A DNA stretch of 62,859 bases, filler included. It is 7 parts of 7 records of this genome, joined end to end, with 100 filler letters (N's around TTAATTAATTAA, not from the genome) between each part and the next. Parts side by side here need not be neighbours in the genome. Positions count along the whole stretch, not along the records: positions 25,372 to 34,993 come from SRR31156797_4722; positions 35,094 to 48,017 come from SRR31156797_4724; 5 more parts are not named here. One strand, written 5' to 3'. Below are positions 32,060 to 42,071 of the stretch, one piece after another. A model generated the notes under the pieces. That model was not told the DNA's origin. It saw nothing but the letters and a program-made list of their open reading frames with translations, and made no database searches. Numbering within the stretch: the first letter of the stretch is position 1; each line of letters starts with the position of its first letter. A program made the position numbers and the translations under genes.

Positions 32060-33160
32060 TTATTTTCTAAATTTAACAGGGTTCAATGTTTTACCATTTC
32101 TTCTTATTTCATAATGAAGATGTGGCCCGGTAATTCTTCCAGTTTTACCAGTTTTTCCTATTAATTCCCCTCTTTTAACTTTTTGACCAACTTTTACGTA
32201 AATGTTATTTAGATGTGCATGTCTTGTTTCATAACCTTTTGCATGCTTAATAATTATGATTTTCCCATAACCACCTAACCAACCAGCTGTTTTTATTGTT
32301 CCCGCTGCAGGAGAATAAAGGGAAACACCTACTTGAGCTCTTAAATCAACACCGTTATGAAAAATATTTCTTTTAAGTACCGGATGGAATCTTTTTCCAT
32401 ATGGACTCGTCACTCCTGCCCATTTAATCGGCCACTTAAAGTCAATATAATTTGAAGGTTTAACATCTAAATTTATAAACTTTAAATCTGGGTTTTTAAC
32501 GATCAATTTATCTCCAACAACTATATTTGTCGTATTCAGATCATTATCTTTTAGTAAATCAGCTAATTTAACATTATATTTATTAGCAATTTTAATTAAG
32601 TTATCACCTTTTTTTACTGTATACTCTATTGAATTATTATTAAGAATTTTAAGCTTTTGACCTATTCTAATAACTCCGCCCTTAACTGAAGGGTTATTTG
32701 CAATTAGGATATTCATATCTACACCTATATTTTTTGAGATTTTATATAACGAATCTCCTTTTTTAACGACATAGTATGTTACTCTAGTTTCTTCCTCTTT
32801 TTTCTCTTCAACTTTTGCTACAACTTTTACTTCCGGTAAAACGTACTCTTTTTCAAAAGTAAGCAGTGATTCTTCTAATATCTCAATTCCACCATCAAGG
32901 TTTTCATCACTATCTGAAGCTGAAATTTCACCTGTTTCCTCTGAGGTATTTTCTTTATCTAATTTAACAATTTCTTTTTTAGTAAGTATATTTTCTTTTG
33001 TTAACTCTTTGTTTTCAAGTGCTTCTTTATAGTCAATGAAATTGTTTGTAGCAACTACTTCTTTTTTACTTCTCTCTCGATATGCAAAAAGTGATATACC
33101 TGCTATTATTCCAAATAATCCTAAAAACAGAACTAATTGAACTAACTTCCTATTTGACAT
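32060..33160 (-). CDS. LysM-repeat M23 peptidase
   Basis: Two YxVKKGD LysM repeats; [19 protein letters not shown]. Confidence 0.92.
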   Translation of the reverse strand: MSNRKLVQLVLFLGLFGIIAGISLFAYRERSKKEVVATNNFIDYKEALENKELTKENILTKKEIVKLDKENTSEETGEISASDSDENLDGGIEILEESLLTFEKEYVLPEVKVVAKVEEKKEEETRVTYYVVKKGDSLYKISKNIGVDMNILIANNPSVKGGVIRIGQKLKILNNNSIEYTVKKGDNLIKIANKYNVKLADLLKDNDLNTTNIVVGDKLIVKNPDLKFINLDVKPSNYIDFKWPIKWAGVTSPYGKRFHPVLKRNIFHNGVDLRAQVGVSLYSPAAGTIKTAGWLGGYGKIIIIKHAKGYETRHAHLNNIYVKVGQKVKRGELIGKTGKTGRITGPHLHYEIRRNGKTLNPVKFRK

Positions 33161-34490
33161 TTTTTCCTCCCTTTGAATACGTCTTCAAAAGATCCAGATT
33201 TGTAGACGTACCTTTAATTGTATCTATTAATCTTCTAGAGGCACTGGCACTATCAAATTGTCCCAAATATCTTCTAATATCCCATATTGTATCTAGGGTT
33301 TTCTTATCAATTAGAAGTTCCTCTTTTCTTGTCCCTGATCTTTTGATATCAATAGCCGAGAATATTCTTAACTCAGATAAATTCCTATCTAAATGAATAT
33401 CCATATTTCCAGTTCCCTTGAACTCCTCATAAATTACATCATCCATTCTACTCCCTGTATCAACAAGTGCTGTAGCCAGAATGGTTAAACTTCCTCCATC
33501 TTTTGTGTTCCTAGCAGCTCCAAAGAATTTTTTAGGATGATAAAGAGCAACAGGGTCAATCCCTCCGGATATCAATTTACCACTCGATGGCATAACAATA
33601 TTATAAGCTCTTGCGAGTCTTGTAATACTGTCCATTAATATAAAAACATCCTTTCCTTCTTCAACTTTTCTTTTAGCTTTTTCCAAAACAGCCTCAGTTA
33701 CCTTTAGATGATTGTCAGGGTTTTCATCAAAAGTTGATGAAAAAACTTCTGCACCGGTTACAGTCTCAATTATGTCAGTTACTTCCTCCGGTCTTTCATC
33801 TATTAAAAGTATCCAAACCTCAACATCTTCTCTATTCTGGATAATACTATTCGCAAGACTCTTTATCAGCACTGTCTTACCTGCCTTAGGCGGTGCTACA
33901 ATAAGTCCTCTTTGACCAAGTCCTATAGGCGCAACAAGATCAATAAATCTTCCTGCTATATTATCTTTATCGGCTGTTTCCAGTTTTACTACATCAGTTG
34001 GATAATAAGGTATCAATTCATCAAACTGAACCCTTGACGCTGCCACTTCTAAAGTATCACCATTTACAAGCATTACTCTCTTCATAGCATAGTTTTTTTC
34101 TTCAGGAGTAGGAGTTCTTATTTCTCCTAAAACATTATCACCGGTTCTTAAATTAAACTTTTTTATTTGAGATGCAGATATATACATATCTTTCTCCAAA
34201 TTAGTTTGTCTTAAGAAACCATAGCCGTCAGGAAGAACTTCTAATTTTCCATAACCCATAATTTCACCGTCTCTTACGGCATCTTCACAAATAATTGCAT
34301 AAATGAGTTCTTCTTTATTATATGACGAAATCCTTTGAATTTCAAGTGTTTTTGCTGTTTCTTTTAGCTCTTTTAACTTCTGTTTTATTAATTTTAACGG
34401 ATTTACCTTCATTTCATTCATCTCCTGACCATTATAAAAAAATCCGAATTTTGATTTTTTTTTTAAATTCGGAACATTAAACCAATTCAT
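33150..34490 (-). CDS. rho: Transcription termination factor Rho
   Basis: [55 protein letters not shown]; the true start may be a downstream ATG. Confidence 0.97.
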   Translation of the reverse strand: MNWFNVPNLKKKSKFGFFYNGQEMNEMKVNPLKLIKQKLKELKETAKTLEIQRISSYNKEELIYAIICEDAVRDGEIMGYGKLEVLPDGYGFLRQTNLEKDMYISASQIKKFNLRTGDNVLGEIRTPTPEEKNYAMKRVMLVNGDTLEVAASRVQFDELIPYYPTDVVKLETADKDNIAGRFIDLVAPIGLGQRGLIVAPPKAGKTVLIKSLANSIIQNREDVEVWILLIDERPEEVTDIIETVTGAEVFSSTFDENPDNHLKVTEAVLEKAKRKVEEGKDVFILMDSITRLARAYNIVMPSSGKLISGGIDPVALYHPKKFFGAARNTKDGGSLTILATALVDTGSRMDDVIYEEFKGTGNMDIHLDRNLSELRIFSAIDIKRSGTRKEELLIDKKTLDTIWDIRRYLGQFDSASASRRLIDTIKGTSTNLDLLKTYSKGGKNVK

Positions 34491-34611
34491 CTTTTAAATC
34501 AGATTTAAAAGAATTAACTCTCATTTAAAAGATGAAATACTAGGCAGATTAAAAAAGTTTCAAATACTAGAGTGTATTTTTCTTTTTTAATCTGCCATAA
34601 GTAAATTTCTC

Positions 34612-34986
34612 TTACATTCTTCCTAATTCTAAATATGTTTTAATTCCTGCAATAAATCCTCTGGCATTAAATGGTTTTGTAATGAAACCATCCGCCCCTG
34701 CATCAAAAGAATCCTTTTTATCAATTGCAGATAATTTTGCCGAAAACATAACAATCGGGATATCAGACATTTCATCCATATCTCTCATTCTTCGACATAC
34801 CTCTACTCCATCAATTTCAGGCATCATAATATCAAGTATAACCAAATCCGGAATTTCAGTTTCAAGCATATCAAGTGCTTCTTTACCGTTATAAGCCTTT
34901 AATACATTATAACCTTCTGTTTCCAAAAGCATTTCCACTACTTCAACAACATCTACTTCATCATCCACTATCAATATTTTCTTCAA
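34612..34986 (-). CDS. Single-domain response regulator (receiver)
   Basis: ILIVDDE, LDIMMPEIDG, FITKPF. Confidence 0.9.
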   Translation of the reverse strand: MKKILIVDDEVDVVEVVEMLLETEGYNVLKAYNGKEALDMLETEIPDLVILDIMMPEIDGVEVCRRMRDMDEMSDIPIVMFSAKLSAIDKKDSFDAGADGFITKPFNARGFIAGIKTYLELGRM

Positions 34987-34993
34987 GATGCTC

Positions 34994-35093
34994 NNNNNNN
35001 NNNNNNNNNNNNNNNNNNNNNNNNNNNNNNNNNNNNNTTAATTAATTAANNNNNNNNNNNNNNNNNNNNNNNNNNNNNNNNNNNNNNNNNNNN
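34994..35093. other. Artificial contig linker
   Basis: N-run with TTAATTAATTAA. Confidence 0.98.
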
Positions 35094-35641
35094 CATGTGA
35101 CAACTATCTTGGCACAGCGCGTTTCCGTCTTGGCTGGACTGATTCCAGGTTTGGGGACGAAAAGAAAAGTCTCTAGATCCAAGATCATATATTCCATAGG
35201 GTCGGCAGTCCTGGGATCGATAAAAACCGGATTCCCATCGGGAGGAGCAACGCTTTTATCTTCCCGTTCGGACAACTCCACGCTCTCTCCAGAGCCGGAA
35301 AACACTGCAAAGTGATTATTCTTCCTTCCATTACAAGGACCGCAGGCAAAAAGATAATTCTCCCAGCAAAAAGCTGATCCCGGATACAGATCTTTAGGTT
35401 TGATATGCTCCACTTCGTCGGCGGCAGAATCCTCGCAGTAATTGCACCTCCTTTTCCCAACACACATCTCTGCCAGGGTGTTTCTTATAACTCCGAAATG
35501 CTTCTTACTCTTGCTTTTCCAAAGGGACTTTCCTTTTTCCACCTGTTCCGTGAACGTCGCCAGTTCATCGATGGCAGCCTGTTTAGTCCTGAGATATTCC
35601 AAGCTCGGTTCGGCCAGATCTTTTTCTGGGATCTTAAGCAT
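35094..35641 (-). CDS. ptuB: HNH endonuclease, PtuB-like (Septu); 3' end missing
   Basis: RCNYCED...EVEHIKPKDLYP...WENYLFACGPCNGRK; overlaps the upstream ATPase. Confidence 0.75.
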
Positions 35642-36914
35642 GGGAAGACTCTTTCGCGGTAGCCTCCGGAGACATACCGAAGATTCTCTGAAGTTCGGCT
35701 ACTTCGCTTTTTTCAGCATCTGAAAGCCCGGTACCGAATTTCTTCTTTACATTCAGTTCCGCCAATCTTTCCTGCTTCTTCTTTCCCTCCTCGGAACGCT
35801 CTATCTCATCGCCGAATGCACCTGAAGAAAGAGCTTCCAGAATATTGCCGTAAACAAGCCGCTCATAGGCGGGACCGGTAAGCTGCTCGCCCCGGCTCCT
35901 GCCGTCCTTCCCGGAAAGAAGCCATACAGAGCCTTTTGCGGCAGATTGACAGATCAAGGGACTATGGGTGGTCACGATAAACTGGATTTCCGGAAAGTGA
36001 CGGGTCATCCATTCTCCGATCCGCCGCTGCCAGGAAGGATGCAGATGGACATCGATCTCGTCGATAAACACTACGCCGGGAAAGATGACGGTCGTTCCGT
36101 CATCATTGAAAACACTATCTGTTTTATAACAAGAAGCCATTTGCCTGATGAGTTCCAAGGTCAGGCTGAGTATGGAACGATAACCGTCGCTCAAAGCTTC
36201 AATGCTAACGGTGTTATTGAAGCCGTCTATAAAGCGTATGCCATCGGAGCTCACAGAATCGAAATGTACATCATCCGGCAAAAAGTTATCCTGATTCAGA
36301 AAATTCTTGATCTTCCCTAAGAGTCCCGACTCCATCGATTCCTTGTTTTCCAACTGCTTGAATCTCAATTTCTTCAGCCATTCCAAAGTCTCTGTCAAAG
36401 CAACGTCTTCTCCAAATACAGAGAGGTGCCTGGCTAACAAAGGAGAAGAATAAAAAAGTTTCTGATACTCATTGTTACCTCCCGAGAACCTTCTGAAAGG
36501 ACCGTAGGAAACGGAAAACCAGCCTTTCTTCCCGCTCCATACGTGTCTTGAAGGTTTAGGCGTTGAGACACAATTTAACCTCCCATTCTCATTGATGGAT
36601 AATGAGTAATTAAGCTTCTCACTCTGCTTCCCTTTTTCCGCCCATTGATCCAGCATCTTATCCTGGATCAATTCGATCCGAACAAATCCTTTTTCCTTAT
36701 CCTCATGCACCCAATCGGAAAATACTTCCCTCGATTTCAATGCCTCGTCGGGACCAATCAGGGCGGCCGCAGCCGCTTTAATAAATGTGGATTTTCCGGA
36801 ACCGTTATTTCCCAGGATCACATGCCAACCGGCTGCCTGCTCAGCATCCTTCAGCTTGAATGAGAATTTTCCAAATGATTTTATATTTTCCAATTCAATC
36901 TTTTTTAAGTACAT
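35634..36914 (-). CDS. ptuA: AAA/ABC-like ATPase, PtuA-like (Septu)
   Basis: GNNGSGKST, YGPFR, LSDGY, IDEIDVHLHPSWQ, QFIVTTHSPL. Confidence 0.8.
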   Translation of the reverse strand: MYLKKIELENIKSFGKFSFKLKDAEQAAGWHVILGNNGSGKSTFIKAAAAALIGPDEALKSREVFSDWVHEDKEKGFVRIELIQDKMLDQWAEKGKQSEKLNYSLSINENGRLNCVSTPKPSRHVWSGKKGWFSVSYGPFRRFSGGNNEYQKLFYSSPLLARHLSVFGEDVALTETLEWLKKLRFKQLENKESMESGLLGKIKNFLNQDNFLPDDVHFDSVSSDGIRFIDGFNNTVSIEALSDGYRSILSLTLELIRQMASCYKTDSVFNDDGTTVIFPGVVFIDEIDVHLHPSWQRRIGEWMTRHFPEIQFIVTTHSPLICQSAAKGSVWLLSGKDGRSRGEQLTGPAYERLVYGNILEALSSGAFGDEIERSEEGKKKQERLAELNVKKKFGTGLSDAEKSEVAELQRIFGMSPEATAKESSHA

Positions 36915-36971
36915 GAGCGATCTCTCCCCTAAGATAATCTGTCTAATTTTCCATGGATCATTAACAATCCT

Positions 36972-39827
36972 TTACGGCCTGCTGATCCCATTAATAAAGG
37001 TCTCCACAAAGCCCATGATCCTGCCGGTAATCCGTTCGGCGGAGCTTTTCCGTTCTTTGAGCCCGGGCCGCTGATTCATAATGCCGATGATTTCATCCCG
37101 GAGAGGTTCCTTCTCAGTATAAAGGAAGCTATTAATCACTTCCTGAAGCTTTTCAACGTCCAGATTCTCTTCTCGGCTCATGTTTTCCAGAGCCTGCAGC
37201 TTTTCAACACTCCAAAAGTCCGCAAAGGCATCGGGAATGTCTTCGGAGTCTTCGATTTTCGGAAGGTTCTCATTGATGAATTTCTCAATCAGCTCCCGCT
37301 TGCTGCGCATGCGCACGTCCCCGGCCATCATATCCATAATGGATTTCTTCTGTTTCTCCCGTTCTTCCTCTTCTGCGTCTTTCAATTTAGCCAGAAGCTT
37401 GAGTATATAAGCCACATTGATCTCGTCCCGGTGAATCAGCTCCAGTTCGAAGTCGATGTCGTTCAGGATAGAGACCTTCTCCTTCATATTCTGAGTTCTG
37501 GTTTTGTCGTAGAGGTCCAGGTATTTGCTTTTGTAATCTTCGAAGAGCTGAGCGTTCATGGAAAGGTCGTCATGGGTGAACTGGGTAAAGGTCTTCAATA
37601 CATTCATCAGACGCATCAGATCCCGGAAGGCCTTGATGAACTCCGACTCCTGCTCTTCGTCCTGCAGATTGTTGACGCTGTCCACGGTGGGCGTTATCTT
37701 CAGCATCTCTATAAAGGCCCCGTTGAACTTAGCCACATAATCCTCGTAAGGCTCCATGATGATTTCATCTTTGGCATGGATGTTGGAGAACAGGGCGATG
37801 GCTTCGTCGGTGGCCTTCTTCAGATTACGGAAACAGACGATATTCCCCTGGGACTTCAGCTCGTCCAGAATCCGGTTGGACCGGGAATAGGCCTGGAGCA
37901 ATCCGTGATAGCGAAGGTTCTTATCCACATAGAGGGTATTGAGTCTCTTGCTGTCAAATCCGGTGAGAAACATATTCACCACCAAAAGGATATCGACCTG
38001 CCGGTTTTTCACCTTTTTGGAGATGTCGTTGTAGTAGTTGTAAAAGCTCTTGCTGTCCCTGGTGGTGAAATTGCTGCCAAACTCCCTGTTGTAATGGCCG
38101 ATGAACTCTTCCAGAGAATCCCGGGAGTGTTGGCTGCTGTACCGAGGCTCCGGATCGGCGGCGTTCAGAAACTCATCATCTACCAGGCCGCCCAGGGCGT
38201 CCTTATCTTCTTCGTTGGCGGCATAGGAAAAGATGGTAGCGACTTTCAGATTATGAAGGCCCTCTTCCCGCTTCTCATGGAAGAGACGGTAGTAGTCCAC
38301 AAGGGTATCCACACCGGATACGGCGAAGATGGAGGTAAACTCCCGATTATGCGTTTTCCTGCCGTGGTTCGCGATGACGTAATCGACGATATTCTCCAGC
38401 CTCTGGGGAGCGTTCATCACCTCGGCTTTATCGATGTCTTCCACCTCAATATCCAGGATATGATCTTTCTTGCGAAAGGTACGGATATACTCGATGGAGA
38501 ACTTCAGAACGTTCTCGTCCCGAATGGCGTCGGTAATAACATATTTATGAAGCAGGTCTCCGAAGAGCATGGCCGTCGTGCGCTTCCCGTATTCGTTCGT
38601 ACCCGCGTTGTCTTCGAAGATAGGCGTCCCGGTGAAACCGAACATCTGGCATCTGGTAAAGAAGTTCTTGATGGTCTCGTGGGTCTTCCCGAACTGGGAA
38701 CGGTGGCATTCGTCAAAGATAAAGACCAGCCGCTTATCTTTGGAGGCTTCCATACGGTTCAGGTAACGGGGATTATTAGCCGCATTGTTCAGCTTCTGGA
38801 TGGTGGTGACGATGAGCTTCTCATCCCCGGCGAACTGCTCCACCAGGGCCCTGGTATTATCCGTCCCGTCTACGCTGCCCTTGCTGAAACTGTTGAACTC
38901 TTTGGTGGTCTGATAGTCCAGATCCTTCCGGTCCACCACGAAGACGACCTTATGAACCTTGGGATAGTTGGTCAGGATCTGGGCGGCCTTGAAGGAGGTC
39001 AATGTCTTGCCCGATCCGGTGGTATGCCAGATATAGCCGAACTTCCGGGTGGTCTGCACCCGTTCGATCAAGGCTTCCACCGCATAGAACTGATAGGGAC
39101 GCAGCACCATCAGGGCCTTTTGAGTTTCATTAAGAACCACGTACTTGGTGATCATCTTGGCGATATGGCAGGGCTCCAGAAAGATGTCGGCGAACCTGGA
39201 CAATTGCGTTATAAGCTTGTTGTCCACATCGCTCCAGTAAAAAGTCTGCTTGAAAGATCGCTTATTCACAGCACCGTTAGCGTAGTATTTGGTATTCACT
39301 CCATTGGAGATGACGAATATCTGGATAAATTGAAATAGACCGTAGCCCGCCCCGTAGGAGTGGCGTTCGTAGCGGTTGGTCTGGTTAAAGGCTTCCTTCA
39401 ATTCCAGGCCCCGCCGCTTCAGTTCGATCTGTACCAAAGGCAAACCGTTAATAAGAATGGTCACGTCATAACGATTTTCATAAGTCCCCACCATGGTCAC
39501 CTGCCGGGTCACCTGAAAACGGTTCTGGCACCAGTGGATCTGATTGATCAGCTCCACGGTCTTACTCTCCCCCGCTTCATTTACATAGGGAACCCTATCC
39601 CGTAGGCTCCTGGCCCGTTCGAAGATATTCCCTTTGTTGATGTAATTCAGGATCTGCTTAAAATCCCCGTCAGCCAAAGAACACTTGTTATGAATTTCCA
39701 ACTGCTTCTTTAGATTGGCCAACAAGCCCACTTCATCCCGGATATTGACCTGTTCATAGCCAAGCTGGACGAGCTGGTCGATGAGGTTATTCTCTAAAGC
39801 TTGTTCGGGCTGGGTAGCGGCAGACAT
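36972..39827 (-). CDS. hsdR: Type I restriction enzyme R subunit
   Basis: RYDVTILINGLPLVQIELK, HTTGSGKT, DECHRSQ, FTGTP, MFLTGFD. Confidence 0.95.
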   Translation of the reverse strand: MSAATQPEQALENNLIDQLVQLGYEQVNIRDEVGLLANLKKQLEIHNKCSLADGDFKQILNYINKGNIFERARSLRDRVPYVNEAGESKTVELINQIHWCQNRFQVTRQVTMVGTYENRYDVTILINGLPLVQIELKRRGLELKEAFNQTNRYERHSYGAGYGLFQFIQIFVISNGVNTKYYANGAVNKRSFKQTFYWSDVDNKLITQLSRFADIFLEPCHIAKMITKYVVLNETQKALMVLRPYQFYAVEALIERVQTTRKFGYIWHTTGSGKTLTSFKAAQILTNYPKVHKVVFVVDRKDLDYQTTKEFNSFSKGSVDGTDNTRALVEQFAGDEKLIVTTIQKLNNAANNPRYLNRMEASKDKRLVFIFDECHRSQFGKTHETIKNFFTRCQMFGFTGTPIFEDNAGTNEYGKRTTAMLFGDLLHKYVITDAIRDENVLKFSIEYIRTFRKKDHILDIEVEDIDKAEVMNAPQRLENIVDYVIANHGRKTHNREFTSIFAVSGVDTLVDYYRLFHEKREEGLHNLKVATIFSYAANEEDKDALGGLVDDEFLNAADPEPRYSSQHSRDSLEEFIGHYNREFGSNFTTRDSKSFYNYYNDISKKVKNRQVDILLVVNMFLTGFDSKRLNTLYVDKNLRYHGLLQAYSRSNRILDELKSQGNIVCFRNLKKATDEAIALFSNIHAKDEIIMEPYEDYVAKFNGAFIEMLKITPTVDSVNNLQDEEQESEFIKAFRDLMRLMNVLKTFTQFTHDDLSMNAQLFEDYKSKYLDLYDKTRTQNMKEKVSILNDIDFELELIHRDEINVAYILKLLAKLKDAEEEEREKQKKSIMDMMAGDVRMRSKRELIEKFINENLPKIEDSEDIPDAFADFWSVEKLQALENMSREENLDVEKLQEVINSFLYTEKEPLRDEIIGIMNQRPGLKERKSSAERITGRIMGFVETFINGISRP

Positions 39828-41056
39828 TACACAAACATCCTTTGAAGCAGCCCTTTCTTCCAGGTCTGAGAAGTTTCAATCTGAGCAGAAACCTTATCAA
39901 TAGATTTGTTGATAGAGGATAGGAAGTCGGCGATTTTTTGTTGTTCGGGGAGAGAAGGGAGAGAGAGATGTAGCTCTTTTAGATGAATACCATATAAGTG
40001 GATAACTGAGATCCCTTGAGCAAACCTTGCAATATCCATCTTTTTTGCATTGTTTAAATAATAAGAGAGGAATATCCCATTTTCATTTGACCTAATTATA
40101 TTGATGTCTCCACCCAATGCTACACCGGATTCCATAACACAACTTGCAGTCGCTATATCAAATGATGTTTCCCCTGAGGACGGAATAATCACATCATTCA
40201 TTTCGCTAAATACTAAATCAGAGACATCTATATCAGTCCTAGAGATTATACATTTGATAATTTCTTGATAACGAGTATATAATTCACCATATCTGATGCA
40301 TTTGTATTCCCCATTCTCACATATATCATTTTTTGAGATGCCCTTACCCTTTCTGATAGTAGAAATGTCTCCTAAAACTTTTTCTTCCCAATCAGGAAAG
40401 TCATTTCCCTGATCATCCTTGAAACGGATATCCTGAGAGAATATTTTTTGCATAATACCCTTTTTATATTGCTCCAGGGCTTCTTTCTTTTTTTGGAGTA
40501 GGGTGATGCGTCTGTCTACTGTGGTAAGAAAGGAGGCTATGCGGCTTTGTTCCTGGAGAGAAGGAAAAGACAGTTTCATTTTTCGAATATCTTTAAGATT
40601 GATACGAGAAAAGGTAGATCCACCGGATTGTCTTTTAATCAATGCTTGTGCTTTTTCTGTTTGTAAATTGAAATAAATGAAATGAGTATTCTTATATCTA
40701 CTTTTTATTAGAACAGTGTCTTGACCAAGGACAAACGGCTGATTCGAATCAACAATACTTGCAATACCTACAGATTGATTCCTACTCATTACGATATCTC
40801 CAATTTCAACCGTACAATGATCCATCAAAGATTCATAATCTTCGAAAGTAACAAATTTGGAAGTATCACAGAATTTCAATACCCCCCAGTTTATTAAACC
40901 TGGAGAAACAACAGGAATCCCATCTTCAATATAGAGGGGGGTCCTATGCTTACAGTCAATGATTTGGGCTGAATCCTGAAGTGCTTTTACATCCCATAGT
41001 TTTTGAAATTCTTCAAACCTCAACTCAGGATTTTTCTTTTGCTTCTGTTCACTCAT
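39827..41056 (-). CDS. hsdS: Type I RM specificity subunit
   Basis: PELRF, two TRDs with conserved spacers PSLQEQSRIASFL and PSLPEQQKIADFL, ending KKGLLQRMF. Confidence 0.95.
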   Translation of the reverse strand: MSEQKQKKNPELRFEEFQKLWDVKALQDSAQIIDCKHRTPLYIEDGIPVVSPGLINWGVLKFCDTSKFVTFEDYESLMDHCTVEIGDIVMSRNQSVGIASIVDSNQPFVLGQDTVLIKSRYKNTHFIYFNLQTEKAQALIKRQSGGSTFSRINLKDIRKMKLSFPSLQEQSRIASFLTTVDRRITLLQKKKEALEQYKKGIMQKIFSQDIRFKDDQGNDFPDWEEKVLGDISTIRKGKGISKNDICENGEYKCIRYGELYTRYQEIIKCIISRTDIDVSDLVFSEMNDVIIPSSGETSFDIATASCVMESGVALGGDINIIRSNENGIFLSYYLNNAKKMDIARFAQGISVIHLYGIHLKELHLSLPSLPEQQKIADFLSSINKSIDKVSAQIETSQTWKKGLLQRMFV

Positions 41057-42065
41057 CAGAACAACCTTGTATTAAAGCCATCTCCCGAGCCAACTCTTGC
41101 TGTAACTCCTCTTCTGAAGGAAGATAAAGCTTATACTTGGATGCAAATAGCTGCTTACTATCTGCCAGAATGGAGTATTTGACAACGGCTTCATTCTTAT
41201 CTGCACAAAGAACAAGACCGATGGTCGGATTGTCATCAGCTTCCTTAACTTTATCTTCATACAAACGGATATAGGTATCCATCTGCCCTATATCCTGATG
41301 GGTCAACTTTCCTCTTTTCAGATCGATCAGAATAAAGCATTTCAGCTTGTAATTATAGAAGACAAGGTCTATATAAAAATGTTCTCCGTCCAAATCGATG
41401 TGCTTTTGTCGGGCAACGAAGGAAAAACCGGCTCCAAGCTCTAGCAAAAACGCTTGCAGATTATCAATAAGAGCAGATTCGAGATCTTCTTCCGTATAAT
41501 CAGGACGATTCCGTAATTCAAGGAATTCCAGTACATAGGGATCTTTCAGAACATCACCAGGGGTCAAGACTGTCGTATTTTCTTTTGCTTCTTCGGCTAC
41601 AGGTTGTTTGTTCGAACTGGCAAGCAGACGCTGGTAGTAAAAACTATTGATCTGTCTCTCTAAAGCACGAGTGGACCAGTTTTCTTTAGTCGCTTCTTTT
41701 AAATACCACTGTCTGGCTTTTTCATCTTCAACTTTAAGGAGATGACGATAATGGGTCCAACTCAATTCGGCACTCACTGCGTGCCGAAATGGAAAATATT
41801 GGAAAAACTGCCGGAAATTCCTTAAATTTCGTTCCGTAAATCCTTTCCCAAATTGAGAAGTCAAGCGCTCAGCCAAATCCTTTAGGACCGCTTTACCAAA
41901 TTCAGCTCTTCTCTGTCCCTGCTGTTCATCCTCAACAATAAGCCTACCGATATTCCAATAACATTGAACCATTGCCGTATTAACGGACTGACGAACATTT
42001 TTCCGAGCATCTTCTATAACGGAGGTTATGGAATCGAATAATCTGGTATTGTCAACACTCTGCAT
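41049..42065 (-). CDS. YhcG/DUF1016 PD-(D/E)xK nuclease-domain protein
   Basis: YWNIGRLI, LSWTHY, KDPYVLEFL, FLLELGAGFSFVARQ, IDLVFYN...IDLK, IGQM. Confidence 0.92.
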   Translation of the reverse strand: MQSVDNTRLFDSITSVIEDARKNVRQSVNTAMVQCYWNIGRLIVEDEQQGQRRAEFGKAVLKDLAERLTSQFGKGFTERNLRNFRQFFQYFPFRHAVSAELSWTHYRHLLKVEDEKARQWYLKEATKENWSTRALERQINSFYYQRLLASSNKQPVAEEAKENTTVLTPGDVLKDPYVLEFLELRNRPDYTEEDLESALIDNLQAFLLELGAGFSFVARQKHIDLDGEHFYIDLVFYNYKLKCFILIDLKRGKLTHQDIGQMDTYIRLYEDKVKEADDNPTIGLVLCADKNEAVVKYSILADSKQLFASKYKLYLPSEEELQQELAREMALIQGCSDE

Positions 42066-42071
42066 AACGTC

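Noticed and set aside
35094-36971. Possible retron-associated PtuAB
   Set aside because: No reverse transcriptase or msr/msd region upstream; hsdR ends 57 nt before ptuA
37431-39338. 635-aa ORF on the + strand
   Set aside because: Antisense shadow of the GC-rich hsdR, with no recognisable motifs
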